A DNA stretch of 64,000 bases from Scenedesmus sp. PABB004 (lineage: Eukaryota). Both the position numbers and the translations under genes were made by a program. Of this stretch, positions 23,287 through 35,660 are shown piece after piece. The first letter of the stretch is position 1. Each line of letters opens with the position of its first letter. The stretch spans positions 62,001 to 126,000 of the forward strand of contig CM026548.1 of assembly GCA_014905635.1 (NCBI GenBank), given 5' to 3'. A model generated the notes under the pieces. It was not told the origin of the DNA, searched no databases, and saw only the letters and a list, made by a program, of their open reading frames with translations.

Positions 23287-25145
23287 TCAGCCGCCCAGGC
23301 TGGACAGGTCGAGCCGCGACACGCGCCCCAGCTCCTCCACGAGCGGCTGGAGCTGGTCGGCCTTGTCGTACGTCCCCAGCAGGCCGCCGGTGTGGACGAA
23401 CAGCACGCGCTTGCCAGCCCACTCCTCTGGCGCGGCAGCCATCGCGCCGAGGAGGCCGTGCAGGGCCTTGCCGCTGTAGACTGGATCCAGTACGATGCCG
23501 CTCGCCAGCCCCGCCGCGAGCACCGTGCGCAGCTCCTCCTCGCGCGACAGCGCGTACCCGTCGCCGCGAGCCTGGTGGGCGGTGAACAGCGCGCGCGCGC
23601 CTGCGGGGCACAGCGCGGCGCGGCAGCGGCTCGGCGCGCGCGCGGCGCGGGCCCGCCCCGGCCGCCGCCGCCGCCGCCGCCAGCGGCGCCCACACCGCCG
23701 CCGCCGCCGCCGGCGCCGCACCCGGGCCTGTGTGGCCCAGCTCGGAGAGCAGGGCGTCGACTTCATCGTAAAAATACTCGGGGTCGTCACACACGCCAAA
23801 CGCGTGCACGCGCCCCAGCCCGCCCGCCGCCGCGGCGCCGAGCGCGAGCCCCGCGACCGTGCCCGAGCTGCCGCACGCCTGCGGGCGCCGGCGGCGCGGC
23901 GGCGGCGGCGCGGGGCGCGCGGGCGGGCGCTCGGGGCGGCGGCGGGGCCGCCGGGCGGGGCCGCGCCGGCGCGCGCCGCCGCCGCGCATGGCGGTGTGTG
24001 CCCCTTGGGCCGCCGCACCAGCGCGATCGCGTCAAATGACACGCCCAGCGCTGCCGCCTGCTCCGCGAGCTCTGCCGCGGCCTGCACGTAGCCCCAGCAC
24101 CCCAGCGCGCTGCTGCCACCGACGGGGATGTAATAAGGAGCAGCCCCTCCGGCCCGCAGCGCATCGCACAGCGCGCCGCCCAGCGCCGCCGCGCCGTGCC
24201 GCGCGTACTCCTCCTTGGTCACCTGCGGCGCGCCGTGCGGCGCCGCGGCCGGGTTGGCGCGGCGTGTGGCGCGTTGGGCGCGGCGCGTTGGGCGCGGCGC
24301 GGCGCGTGGGGCGGCGCGGCGCGTTGGGCGCGGCGCGGCGAGCGCGGCGCGTGCGCGCCAGGTGGATGGTCGCGCCGGCGAGGCGCTCGACCAGCAGGTT
24401 GCCCGTCAGCCCCGGGTCGCCGTCCACGGCGGCGCGGCTCGTGCGCAGTATGAGGTGCGCCGGCAGGCCCAGGTAGGCCGCCGCGACAGCGGTCGCGCGC
24501 GCGTGGTTGGACTGCACGCCCCGATCGTCACCTGCCGGCGCGCGCGGCGCGGCGCGGCGCGGTGGGCGGCGGCGGGCGCGGCGGGCGCTCCCGCGCGCGC
24601 GCGCGCCAGCCGCGCGGCGCGCACCACGCAGTCGGCGCCCTTTGCCTTGGCGTCGGCGAGGAGGAACTCGAGCTTGCGCACCTGGTGCGGCGCAGGCGCG
24701 GCGAGGGTCAGGGTGGTCAACGCGCCGCGCAGCACGGGCCGGCGGCGCGGCGCGGCGCTCCGCCTCGTGTCCGCGCCTTGTTGCCGGAGAGCTGCATTCC
24801 GCTCATGTCGTCGCGCTTGATCCACAGCTCCACGCCCGCCGGCACGCCGGGCAGCGGCCAGCGGTGCAGCGGCGTCGGCAGCAGGCCGAGGCGGAAGCGC
24901 TCGCGCGGCTGCGGCCGGCAGCGGCGTCGGGGCAGCGGCGGCAGGGCGTAGGTCTGGGCGCAGCTGGTCAACCGCGGCGGAGCCCCGCTGCCGCCGCGGC
25001 CCCGGCGCCGCTGCGCTGCTGCCGCCGCCGGCGATCCCCGGCCGCAGCGCCGCGGCGGCCGCCGACGCACGACGAGCTTCAGGTGCGCAGCCCAGGGCGG
25101 TGGGACGTACGGCTGCAGCTCGAGGAAGCTCGCGGCGGACGACAT
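23287..25145 (-). CDS. DCD: D-cysteine desulfhydrase (ACC deaminase/DCD PLP family); 1-nt deletion near 24520
   Basis: [35 protein letters not shown] (PLP lysine), QSNHARATAVAA, GNLLVERLAGA, YYIPVGGS..GCWGY, ACGSSGT, LDPVYSGKA, FVHTGG. Confidence 0.93.
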
Positions 25146-25324
25146 TGCAGCCAGCGGCGCGGAACTCGATCCGCGGCAGCTTGCGGCGGTGCGGTGCGGT
25201 GCGGGCGGAGCGAGGGGCAGGACGTCCGCACAGCAGGTTGCACGGGGCGCGATCTGGGCGCCGCCGCCAGCCCCCGGCGCGGTTGAGGCCGCCTGGCGCG
25301 CCTGGCGCACGCCGCCGGCGTGCC

Positions 25325-28300
25325 TCACTCCTGCATCGGCGCCGCGCCGCCCTCCGCGCCGCCGCTGCCGCCGCCGTCGCCAGCGGCCGCGCCCGCGTCG
25401 GCCGCCCCCTCCGCCGGCGCCGGCGCCGGGCCCGCGGGCTCGCCCGCCGCCGGTGCCGCCGCCGCCGCGCCGCCCTCGGCCGCGCCGCCCTCGGCCGCGC
25501 CGCCCTCGGCCGCGCCGCCCTCGGCGGCCGCTGCCGCGCTGCCGCTGCGCTCGGGCTTGGTCGTGCGGCGCGGCGCGTCCTTGCCTGTGAGGATCCACTC
25601 CCGGTGCGCCTCGAGCTCCGCCAGCGCCTCCGCCTCGGGCAGCGTGACGAGGTCGCTCAGGCGCCACAGCTGCGAGCGTGTGGGTGGGCGGGTGGGCGGG
25701 TGTGTGTGTTTGTGGGGGGGGGGGGGGAGCGGGCGCGCGCGCGTGGGCGCGCTGCAGGCCGCGCGCCTGCAGCGTGCCGCCGCCGCTCTTGCCGCCGCCC
25801 GCGTCGCCGTCGACGGCGGTGTCGTCGCTGATGCTCATCATCGTCCACGGCGACCCGGGGCACCACTGGAAGTCAACCACTTTCTGCGCGCGGCCGCGTG
25901 AGTGTGTGTGACTTGAGTGCGTGAATGTGTGTGTGGGTGTGGGTGGGTGTGGAGGGGGGGGGCACGCAGGCGGCGGCGCGAGGCGTGGCAGCGGCGCGGC
26001 GGTGCGCTCACCCCCGCGCGGTGGCCCACGTGCTTGAACAGCACCTCCCGCGGCACGGCGCCGCGCGCGCCGCCGCCGCCGGCGCCGCCGCCGGCGCCGG
26101 GTCTGACCCGCGCGCGCGGTCGAGCGCCCACACCACCACCAGGTGGTCCTCACCGCCAGACGCGAACACGCCCTGCACAGCACAGCACCCCCGGCGGCGG
26201 CGCGCGGCGTGTGAGCGCGCGTGCTTTGGGCGCGCGCGCGAGAGCACGGGGCGGCGGCGTGCCGCTGCGGCGCGCGCGCCCGCCCGCCCGCCCGCGCAGC
26301 CGCGGCCGCGCGTCGCACCGGCTCTGTTGGGTGCCACTCTGCGCGCATGATGGCGTCGCTGTGGTAGGTGAACACGTGCACCGCGCCCCCCGGCTCGGCG
26401 CCGCTGGCGGGCAGCTTGCGCCGGTCCCACACCTTGAGGCTGCCGTCGGCGGCGCCTGGCGGGGGGGGGGGGGGGGGGGGGAATTGGGGGGGGGGGTGCA
26501 GAGGGGCGGTGTCAGGGGGGCCAGGCCGGCGGCGCGCGCCAGCGAGACGCGCGCGCCCGGCGCGCGCGCACGCGCGGGGCGGTCGCGCATGTGGCTCCTC
26601 CCGGCGCCCTCCTCGCCGCGCCGTGCCCCCTCCCCCCCCCCCCGCCGCACCCGTGACCACGAGGTGGTCCTGCACGCGGCTCCAGTCGACCGTGTGCACG
26701 TCGCTGCCCGCGCCGTGCGCGTCGCGGATCGCCGCGACCGGCGCCGCGCCGGCGTCAACATCCCAGAACAGCACCTGCGCGCCCGCACCGGCGGCGCACC
26801 TCGAATGAGCTTGCGGGCCACGCCCTCCCCGGCATCCCCGGCCTCCCCGGCCCCCGCCGCGCCTCCAAGCGCCAAGACGCCGCGCTCGCACGCGCCCGCC
26901 GGCGCGTGCCGCACCTGCGCGTCGTCGCCGACGCTGACGAGGCGCTGCGTGCTGCCCGGCTGGAAGACCAGGTCTTCGACGGTCTTGCGGTGGCCCCGCA
27001 GCTTGTGCCTGGCAGCGCGTGGTGCGCGGGGCGTGTGCGCGTGGGGGCTGGGCGCGCGCGCGCGCGGCGGCGGAGCGGCGCGCCCCGGGGTGGGGCTGCC
27101 CCGCCGGCCCCCGCCGCGCCGCACGGCGGCCCTGCACGCACCGGTGCTTGATCTCGGTGCTGCGCCGCTCGCCGTCGCCCTTGTCGCCGCGCTTGGTCGA
27201 CAGCAGCCCGCTCTGCGGCGGCGGCGCGGCGCGGCGCACTCGGCGGCCGCGCTGTGACCGCTGCTGCCCTCCCCCCTGCCACCCGCTCCCGACCCCCCCC
27301 CCCCCGCCGCGCGCGCGCCACCTGCTGGTCCTCCAGGCTCCACAGCAGCACCAGCTTGTCGGTGCCGCCGCTCGCAACTAGCGGCGCGACGCTGCAGGCC
27401 GACAGCGGGAACAACGCGTCGCGCTCGTGCCCCGTCAGCACCGCGTCCGCGACCGAGCTGCCCCACTTGCCCGTCACCTGCGCGGCGCCGCGGCGCGGCC
27501 GCGCGGTGAGCGGCGCACGTGGGGCGCGCAGCCCGCCGGCGGCCGGCCCGCGCCGGCGCGGCCCCGCCGGCGCGGCGCGCGGCGCGCACCTTGTCGCGCG
27601 TCGCGCCGGGCTGCGTGGCTGTGTTCCACACGTACAGCTCGCGCGCGTCGGTGTGCGTGACGACCACCTCCGGCACCTGGGGCAGCTCACGGATCTTGTT
27701 CACCTGCGGGTGTGCCAGGTGACCCACGGCGGCGCCGCGGCGGGCGCGTGCGGCGGGGCGGCTGAGCACGGCGGCGCGCCAGGCGGCGCGCGGCGGCGGC
27801 CGCGGGCGGGGCCGCGGCGCGCGGCGATGTGGCGCGTGCGCACGCGCGCCGCGGGCGGGGCCGCGGCGCGCGGCGCTGTGCGGCGCGCTGTGCGGGGCGG
27901 GCGGGGGCGCACCTCGCCCGGGTGCACGAGTGCCTTGACCTCCTTCATGTAGGGGCAGCGGCTGAGCTCCGTCCACGTGGACACCACCTCCGTGCTCGCC
28001 ACGCGCGGCTGCGGCGGCGACCCGGCGCGGCGTGGGCGCGGGCGCCCGCCCGCTGCGGGCGCTGCTGCTGCCTGCCCGCCGCCGCCTGCCGCGGCCTGCT
28101 GCCTCAGCTGGCAGCGCCTGCCCGCCCGCCTGCCCCCCCCCCCCGCCGCTGCACCTTGACCAGGTCGACGTCCACCACCAGCAGCTTGCAGGGGTCCTTC
28201 GCCTGCTCATCAGGGTTGGTCTGCGCCGCGCGCGGCGCCGCGGCGGCGGCGGCGCGCGCTTTGCGGGGAGCGCGGCGCGGCTGCTCGCGTGCGCGCGGGG

Positions 28301-28604
28301 CCTCTCCCCCGCGCGCGGCGGGCGCGCCTGCTCTGAGATGTAGATCCGGTGCCGCGTGCGGAAGGTGTGGTCCTCCAGCTGCGGGCCCACCTGCGGCGCG
28401 CAGGCGGGGTCGCGCTCCGCCGCCGCCGCCGCCGCGCGGCGGCGCCGCCGCCGTGGGCGCTGCGGTCGTCGCAGCGCTGCAGACGGACCTGCACGCCTGC
28501 GACGGCCAGGTGAGGTTGTGGTTGGAGAACCAGTCGTAGAGCAGCGGCACCAGCTGCGTCTTCCACGCCCGGAACTGCGCGTCGTCGAGCGGCGCCGCCG
28601 CCAT
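25325..28604 (-). CDS. MSI4: WD40 histone-binding protein, MSI4/FVE type (RBBP4 family)
   Basis: WKTQLVPLLYDWFSNHNLTWPSQACR|WGPQLE..RHRIYISEQ, HPGEVNKIRELPQ..VVTHTD, GHRKTVEDLVF, LVSVGDD, FASGGED, FKHVGHR, VVDFQW, GGGTLQLWRLSDL. Confidence 0.88.
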
Positions 28605-28976
28605 CGCTGCCGCTGCCGCGCCGCCGCTCCCGCCGCAGCGACGACGCAGGTGGGCCGGGGCGACTGCCCACGCGCTGTCCTGCAGGCTTTGCGGAGGCGG
28701 GGCCGCCGCGGGCGCGGAGGGGCGGGGCCGCGCGGGCGCGGGGGCGGGCAGCGCGTGAGCTGCTGCCGCTGCCTGGCGCGCCGGAGCGCCGCCTCAGGCC
28801 GAGGGATGGCCGTGCGCGTGCGGGCACACCGGAGGAACGGACTGGTGCACCGAGCGCGGCAGACAGCGCATCACGCCGTGAACCCGAGGCCCGCAAAAAT
28901 CAATCTGCTGCTCCCGCGCCACCGCGCGGTGCGGGAGCCATAGCCCCCGGCGCCTGCGTGGGGGCGAGCGCGCATC

Positions 28977-31932
28977 ATGGAATCCTTCCTGAGCGCGTTC
29001 ACCAGCGCGTTCGGCTTCACGCCCAAGCGCAAGGCACCAGCAGCAGCGGCCTCCCCGCCCAAGCGCCCCCGGCAGCAGGCCGCGCTGGAGGCGCCCCCGG
29101 CCAACGCTTCCCGGCCGGAACAGCAGCCCCGGGCGGCGGCGCCGGCGGCAGCGGCAGCGCCGGAGCCGCAGCAGGAGCAGCAGCAGCGCGCCGCGCCGCC
29201 CGCGCCGCCGCAACCGCCGCAGCCGCCGCCGCCGCCGCAGCCGCCACACGTGCCCCAGCCGCCGCGCCACCGGCGGGGGCCGGCCGTGAACAACGCCTTC
29301 GTGCGGGTGGGCGGCGGCGGCGCGGGCGCGAGCCCGCTCGCGCGGCAGCAGCTCGGCCGCGGCGGGGGGCTGGCGCACTTTTCGGCGGGGCAGCAGCAGC
29401 AGCAGCTCGGCGGCGGCGCGCGCACGCCATGGACGCCGCGCGGCCTGGCCGGAAGCAGCCGGGCCCCGCCGCAGTCGCAGCCGCGGACGCAGCAGCCCTG
29501 GCGCGGCGCGGCGGCGCCGGCCGCCGCGGCTGCGACGCCCGCCGCGGCCGCGGCCGCCGCGACGCCGGGCGTGAAGCAGCAGCTGGTGTTTGAGCTGGAC
29601 GGCGGCGGCGGCGACGGCGGCTGGCCGGCGCTCGGCACGCCCCCGGGCCGCGGCGGCGCAGGCGGGGCGGGGCTGTTTGTGGACGCCATGCAGCAGGCGG
29701 CCCGCGGCCTCGGCGCGCAGGTGCTGGCGCGGCCCTCGCCTGCGCGGGCAGGCGGCGATGCCGGGCGGCCGAGCGCGGCGCTGGCGCGCGCGGACGCGGA
29801 CGCCGACGCGGTGCTCGCGTCGCGCGCGCGGCGCCGCGCGCTCCTTCGCGAGGGGAGCGCGAGGCGGAGCGCCTGCAGCAGGAGATCGCTGAGAGCCAGC
29901 GGCACCTCGCGGCGTGCAAGCAGCGCACCGCGGTGAGGCGGGGCGTGTATGCGCGCGCTGCGACGCGCCGCGACGCGCGCCCGGGGCCGCCGCCGCGCGC
30001 GGCGCCCGGTCTCACGCCGCCACGCGCCTCGGGCCCCGGTCTCTCCCCAGGCGTTCAACGCGGAGGTCGCCCAGCTCCGGGCCCGGACCGACTCTGCGCT
30101 CGCGATCAGCCCCGGCTACGAGCCGAACCCCGCCTCGGCGGCCGCGCTGCTGCTGCTGCAGCAGCAGGCCATCGCCATCGCGGCGGCGCGCCACGAGCGC
30201 GACGCGGCGATGCTCGGCGCCGCCGCGGCGTCGCGCGCGGCGGGCCGCGCGGCCGCCGCGGAGCGCGGCGCCGCCGCCGCCGCCGCGGGGGGCCAGCCGC
30301 CGGGGGCAGGCGCGCCGGCGCCGGCGCCGGCGCCGGCGGAGTCGGACGACGCCGTGGTGGTGGTGGGCAGCGACGACGACGACGAGGCGGCGGCGGGCGA
30401 CGGCGCGGCCGACGGCGAGGTGTTGCTCATCCGCAGCAGCGAGGGCGACGAGGCGGCCGGGGAGGAGGGCGAGGGCGAGGGCGAGCAGAGCTCGGGCGCC
30501 GCGTCGTCGGAGGCCTCGGAGGACGCCGCCGACGCGGCTGCGGCCGGCATCGAGGCGCTGGAGATCGCCTGGACAGGTCGGGCGGCGCGCGCGGCGGCGC
30601 GCCGCACACGGGCACGCCGCGCGCCTAGCGCCGGCCCCACGCCCGCCCGCGCGCCGCCGCGCAGGCCCGCGCTCCGAGTGGGAGCCCAGCCCCGAGCAGC
30701 GCGCGCGCTTCGCGGCCGCCGCGGGCCGGGGCGCGACGGCGAGGCCGTCGCGAAGCTGCGCGGCGCGCCGCTGAGCCGGCGCGACCTGCGCACGCTGTCG
30801 CCGGGGAGCTGGCTGAACGATGAGGTCATCAACGCATACCTGGGGCTGCTGCAGGTGGCACGCGCGCGGCGGCGCTGCGCAGGGCTTGCTGGCCGCTGCG
30901 GGCCGCGCGCTGCGCTGCGCTGCGCGGGGCAATCCCCACGGCCGAGGGGCGGGCGCGCCGCCGACCCCGCGCCGCCGCCGCGCCGCCCGCCGCGCGCTAG
31001 GAGCGCGACACGGCGCTGCGCGCGTCGCCCCGCAAGGGCGGGGCCGACGCAGCCGGGGGGCCCCCCGCGCCGCGGTGCCACTTCTTCAGCAGCTTCTTCC
31101 TGCCCAAGCTCGCGGGCCCGCACTTCAACGGCTACGCCTACAAAGACGTGCGCCCGCTGCGCCGCTGCTGCGCCGCGCCCGCTGCGACCGCTGCGCCCGC
31201 GCCCGCGCCCGCGGCCGCGGCCGGCGGGGCCCCTGCGCGCGGCAGCAGCGCCGCGGCGGGCGAGCGAGCGGCGCGCCCGCGCGCGGTCGCAGGTGCGGCG
31301 CTGGACGCTGCCGGCGCGGCTCAAGGCGGCGGGGCAGGCGAGCGAGTGCGTGCTGCGGTGCGACCGGCTGCTGCTGCCGGTGAATGAGAACAACACGCAC
31401 TGGACGGCAGTCATGGTCGACCTGCCGCGCCGCCGCATCGTCGCGCTGGACAGCCTGCACGGCCGCAACACGGGCGTCGTCGCCGCGCTACGCCGCTGGC
31501 TGGCCGACGAGGCCAAGGCGCGCTTTGGGGCAGGGGGGGGGGGGGGGGGGCGACGGGGGGAAGCGCGCGCGGCCCTGCACGCCCGGCCACGCCGCCGCCG
31601 CACCGGCCGCCGCCGCCGCGGCCGCCCGAGCGCGGGCTCACACCGCGCCCGCCGCCCTCGGCGCACGCCTGCGCCCCCGCGCGCAGGACAAGCTGCAGGA
31701 GACGTGGGACACCTCGCCGTCCGCGTGGGCGGAGGAGTACCCGGGCGGCATCCCCCGGCAGGCCAACGGCTACGACTGTGGCGTCTTCGCGCTGCTCTTC
31801 CTCGACCGCCTCGGCGCGGGCGCGGCCTTCGACTTTGAGCAGCCCGACATGCCCGCCGCGCGCGTGCGCATCGCGTGCGCGCTGCTCGACGGCGCCGCGC
31901 TGCCGGCGCCGTCGGCCGCGGGGTCGGACTGA
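28977..31932 (+). CDS. ULP1: Ulp1-type SUMO protease (peptidase C48)
   Basis: DLRTLSPGSWLNDEVINAYLGLL, FFSSFF..KL, VRRWT, LLLPVNENNTHW..VDL..I.ALDSL, IPRQANGYDCGVF (His-Asp-Cys triad plus Gln), FDFEQPDMP. Confidence 0.9.
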
Positions 31933-32140
31933 CGCCGCAGCGGCGGCGGAGGCCCTGAACCGCGTTGCTGCCGCAGCTTCGGCGCCGGTAAGGCCCGGCA
32001 GTGCGGTCCTCCCGGTGCCACGCCAACGCAGAGCCGCGCAGAGCTGCACGACCGAGACCAGCGCCCGCCGCTCGCCGCGCACCGCCGCCGCCGCTGCCGC
32101 CGCACACGCCCCCGTCCCGCTGTCCGGCCCGTCGATCAGC

Positions 32141-33692
32141 ATGCGGCTCTGCGGCGCCCCTGCGCGCCCCAGCGCGCGGCCAGCAGCTGCGCGCGGCTCG
32201 CGCGGCGCCGGCCTCAGGAGCGGCAGCGGCGCGCCGCGGCCACAGGCGCGCTGCTGCGACGCCGCGGCGGACCAGCGGCAGTCGCAGCCGACCACGCAGT
32301 CGCAGACGACCACGCAGCAGCAGCCGGGGCGGCGCGCGCTGCTGCTCGGCGGCGCTGCGGCGGCGATTGCCGCGTCGGTGCCAGCGCGGCGGGCGCGCGC
32401 GGCAGCGCCAGACCTGCGGCCGCCGGCGCTGGGCAGCGTGGCGGCGCCGGACCAGGGCGCCTACGACGCGGCCGACCCGGCGCTGCGCGAGGCGGCGGGG
32501 CTGCTGCAGCGGGCGCTCAACGCCGAGACGGTGACCGAGGAGGAGGCGCTGTGGAGCGAGGTCATCGACCGCTTCGGCTCTGCCGACGCGCCGTGGGTGC
32601 CCGACGTCGTCGGCCGCGCGTACGGCAACCGCGGCAATGCGCGCTCGCGCCAGGTGCGCGTGCCGGCCAGGCTGGCGGCCGCGCCGCCGCGAGCTGCCGG
32701 CGACCGCCGCCGACCGCCGCCGACCACCGTCACGCGCGCGCGCACCACAGGGCAAGCTGGCCGCCGCGCTGTCCGACTACAACGCGGCGATGGAGCTCTG
32801 CCCCTGGAGCGTGGACCCCATACTCAACCGCGGCGTCGCGCTCGAGGCGCTCGGACGGTGCGCGTGGCCGGCGGCGCAGCGCGCGCGGCGCGGGCCTGCG
32901 CACGCCGCGCCCGCCCGCCCGACGCGCGCCCACCTGCCGCGCCTCGGCGTCTGCCGGCAGGTGGGAGGACGCGGCGGCTGACTACCGGCAGTGCTGGCGG
33001 TCGCGCCGGACGACCCGTCGGCCTGGAACAACCTCGGCAACACCATGATGGGTGCGCCGCCGCCACGTGGCCGGGCGGGCGGGCGGGCAGGCCGGCGCAG
33101 CCGCGACCCGCGCAGGTCGCCCCGCCTCACGCGCGCGCCGCCGGCACCGCCGGCGCCGCCGCCGGCGCCGCAGGCATGCAGGACTGGGCCGAGGCGGAGC
33201 GCTGCTTTGGCAGGGCCGCGGCGCTCGCGCCCAACTTTAGCTTTGCCAGCGCCAACCGGTCGCTCGCGCTCTTCCAGCTCGGCCGCCGCGACGAGGCGAC
33301 GCGGTGCGCTGCGCGGGCAGCCCGCAGGCGCAGGCGGCGCACGGCGCGCGCGCGCGCCGCGCGCACGCCCGCGACGACCGCCCCCGATCGCCGTAGTGCC
33401 CGCGCACACACACACACACACACGCACACACACGCTCTCTCTCCCTCTCTCGCGCGCGCGCTCTCGCAGGCAGATGCGGTCGCTGCTGCGGCGGTACCCC
33501 GACTTTGTGGACATGCGCGCGGCGCTCGCGGGGTCCCTTTGGGCTGCGGGGCTGGAGGGCGCGGCGGAGAGCGAGTGGGAGCGCGTTGACGACCCGCGAT
33601 ACCGGGACGTGGCGTGGCTCGCGCGCGAGCGGCGCTGGCCGCCCGCGCTCGTGGACAGCCTGCAGGCGCTGCTGACGCTCAAGTCGATCTGA
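32141..33692 (+). CDS. TPR-repeat protein, probably thylakoid lumen/Tat-targeted (1-nt deletion near 32988)
   Basis: Transit peptide then RRALLLGGAAAAIAA..ARA twin-arginine signal; TPRs GRAYGNRGNARSRQGKLAAALSDYNAAMEL, ILNRGVALEALGRWEDA, AWNNLGN; C-terminus AESEWERVDDPRYRD..WL..RRWPP. Confidence 0.8.
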
Positions 33693-34268
33693 GCTGAGCG
33701 CAGCGCGGCAGCACGGGGGCTGCAGCGGGCGCGGCGGCGGGGCTGGCGCGCGGTTTGTCAAGCGGTAAGTTCCCTGGTGATGGGCCAGCCGGCCGCCCTA
33801 ATGCTGGGGCGCCACTGCGTCACAAAACTGCGCGCGCGTGAAGTGTTCGCGCCAAGCAAGCACTCACAGAAACGGGGTGGGGGTGGGGGCCTGGTCGCCG
33901 GCCCGCCTGCCGCACGAACGTACACACACCACGCGCCGCCACCGCGCCCACACACACACCGCCGGGCACGGCGCCTGCTGCTGCTGCTGCTGCTCGTCTC
34001 CCAGAACCGCCTCAGCTCACACACACGACACGACGGGGCGAGCGCCTGGGCTCTGTCTTCTCACGCCGCCCCGCCCCGCGCTGGTTTATACGGTTGCCGG
34101 CGTCGCGGCAACGAATGAAGAGGCCCGCGCACACACACGCCTGCTGCGCGCACGCGCGCGCGCACCCCGCGCGACGGCGGCCGCGCGCGCCCAATGCGGC
34201 CCGCGCGCCGGCCCGCCGCCGGCGTCCCGCGCTCAAAACGGAGCTGAGCTGGGCCGGGGCGTGCCCGT

Positions 34269-35660
34269 TCAGTTCTTGAGCTCCTCCACCACGAGCGAGG
34301 GGATGGGCGTGACGGGGAGGTTGAGGTCCTTCTCAATGTCGTCCAGCTCCAGCACCGCCTCCTTCTCAAAGCGCAGCGCGAGGTGCTCGAAGATCTCCTG
34401 GTGGCTCACCAGCTCCTCGACCGTAAACGCGGCGATCGCGATCATCGCGAGGCGGCCGTTGTTGAGCTCCTTGGTCTGCATCTCCTTCCACGCCTCGGGG
34501 TCGGACCGGGGGCCGAGGCCGAGCGGGTCGAAGCCGAGGTCGCCCATGTTGTACTCGTCCTTGAGGCTGTTGAAGCCGTTGCCCGTCGGCGTGGCCCAGC
34601 CCGCGGCGACGCGGTAGCTCTCGCAGAGGCCGATCGCGAGGATGAGGGGCTCCCAGAAGATGGCGCCGCGCGCCTCGACCTGCTGGAACTGGTAGATCGC
34701 CGGGCCGGTGACGTGGCCGTCGGCGTTGAGGAAGGCGGGGAAGTCCTCGAGCTGCTCGCCCACAATCTGGGGAGGGGCGGGGTGCAAGAGGGGGGGGGGG
34801 GCAGGCAGGGCGTCAGGGGGCGAGCGAGCGCGCGGGCAGGGCGCGCGGCGGCGGCGCGAGAAGGGCCGGCGCGCGCGCGCGCGCGCGCGCGCGCGCGCGC
34901 GGGCGCAGGAGGGGCCGGGCGGAGCTAGCGGCGCGCGCGCGGGCGTGCGGGCGCGCGGCACTCACGAAGCCGAGCGCGGCGAGCATCGCCACGCGGCCGT
35001 GCACGAGCTCAGACTCGCGCCAGCGGCGCACGTCGCGGACCTTGGCGCCCGCCACGAAGTTGAGGGGGTCGAAGAAGGGGCTGTCAAACTGGGGAGAGAG
35101 AGCGAGGAGGGAGGGGAGGGAGGAGGGAGAGGAGGGAGGGAGGCGGGGGGTCAGGCGGGAGGCATGAGCGCGCAGGCGGTTGGCGGGCGCGCCGCGCGCG
35201 CGCGCGCGCCCTGCGGCGGCGGCGGTTGCGCGCCGCCCGGCGCGGCCGCCTCACCGGCTTGCTGATGCCGGGCAGGGTCTTGCAGTCTGCGGGCGGCGCG
35301 GCGGGGCGGGGCGGGGCGCGGGCCGGCGTGAGAGGCGTGCGAGGGCCGGGCGAAGCTTCCTCGTCCCCGCGCACCCAGGCCCCCACGTCGCCCGCGCGGC
35401 GGCGCGGGGGCGCGGTCTGCGCCCGAGGACCGCAATCCACGCCCGCGCGCGGCCGCGCGCCGCGCAGGCGCGCGCGGCGCTGCTGCGCGCGGCGCTGCCC
35501 ATCACGGGGCTGCCCCGCGGCCGCGCTCACACTCCACGGCGTCCTCGGGGAGGCTCTCCTGCGCCGCCGCGCGCGCGGCCACGCTCGGGCGGGGCGCCGC
35601 GAGCCTGGGCGCGCCCGCCGCGAAGGCGGTCGCGCGGGTCGAGGCCTTGAGCATCTGCAT
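34269..35660 (-). CDS. LHCSR: Stress-related light-harvesting complex protein (LI818/LHCSR), 4 exons
   Basis: [104 protein letters not shown], which is LHCSR-diagnostic. Confidence 0.96.
34869..34901. repeat. (GC)16 alternating dinucleotide tract in LHCSR intron (potential Z-DNA)
   Basis: Uninterrupted gcgcgc... run read directly. Confidence 0.8.

Noticed and set aside
7890..33000. Apparent frameshifts in conserved genes (ferritin ~7895, BUD23-like 3' part, SS3 ~18900, DCD ~24520, MSI4 ~26070, TPR ~32988; also KH ~1445 and ~1655) as programmed frameshifting or pseudogenes
   Set aside because: Where checkable, each is fixed by adding one base to a short G/C run. There are no slippery heptamers or in-frame stops, and catalytic residues are intact. 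Long-read homopolymer under-calling is far more likely; raw or short reads would settle it.
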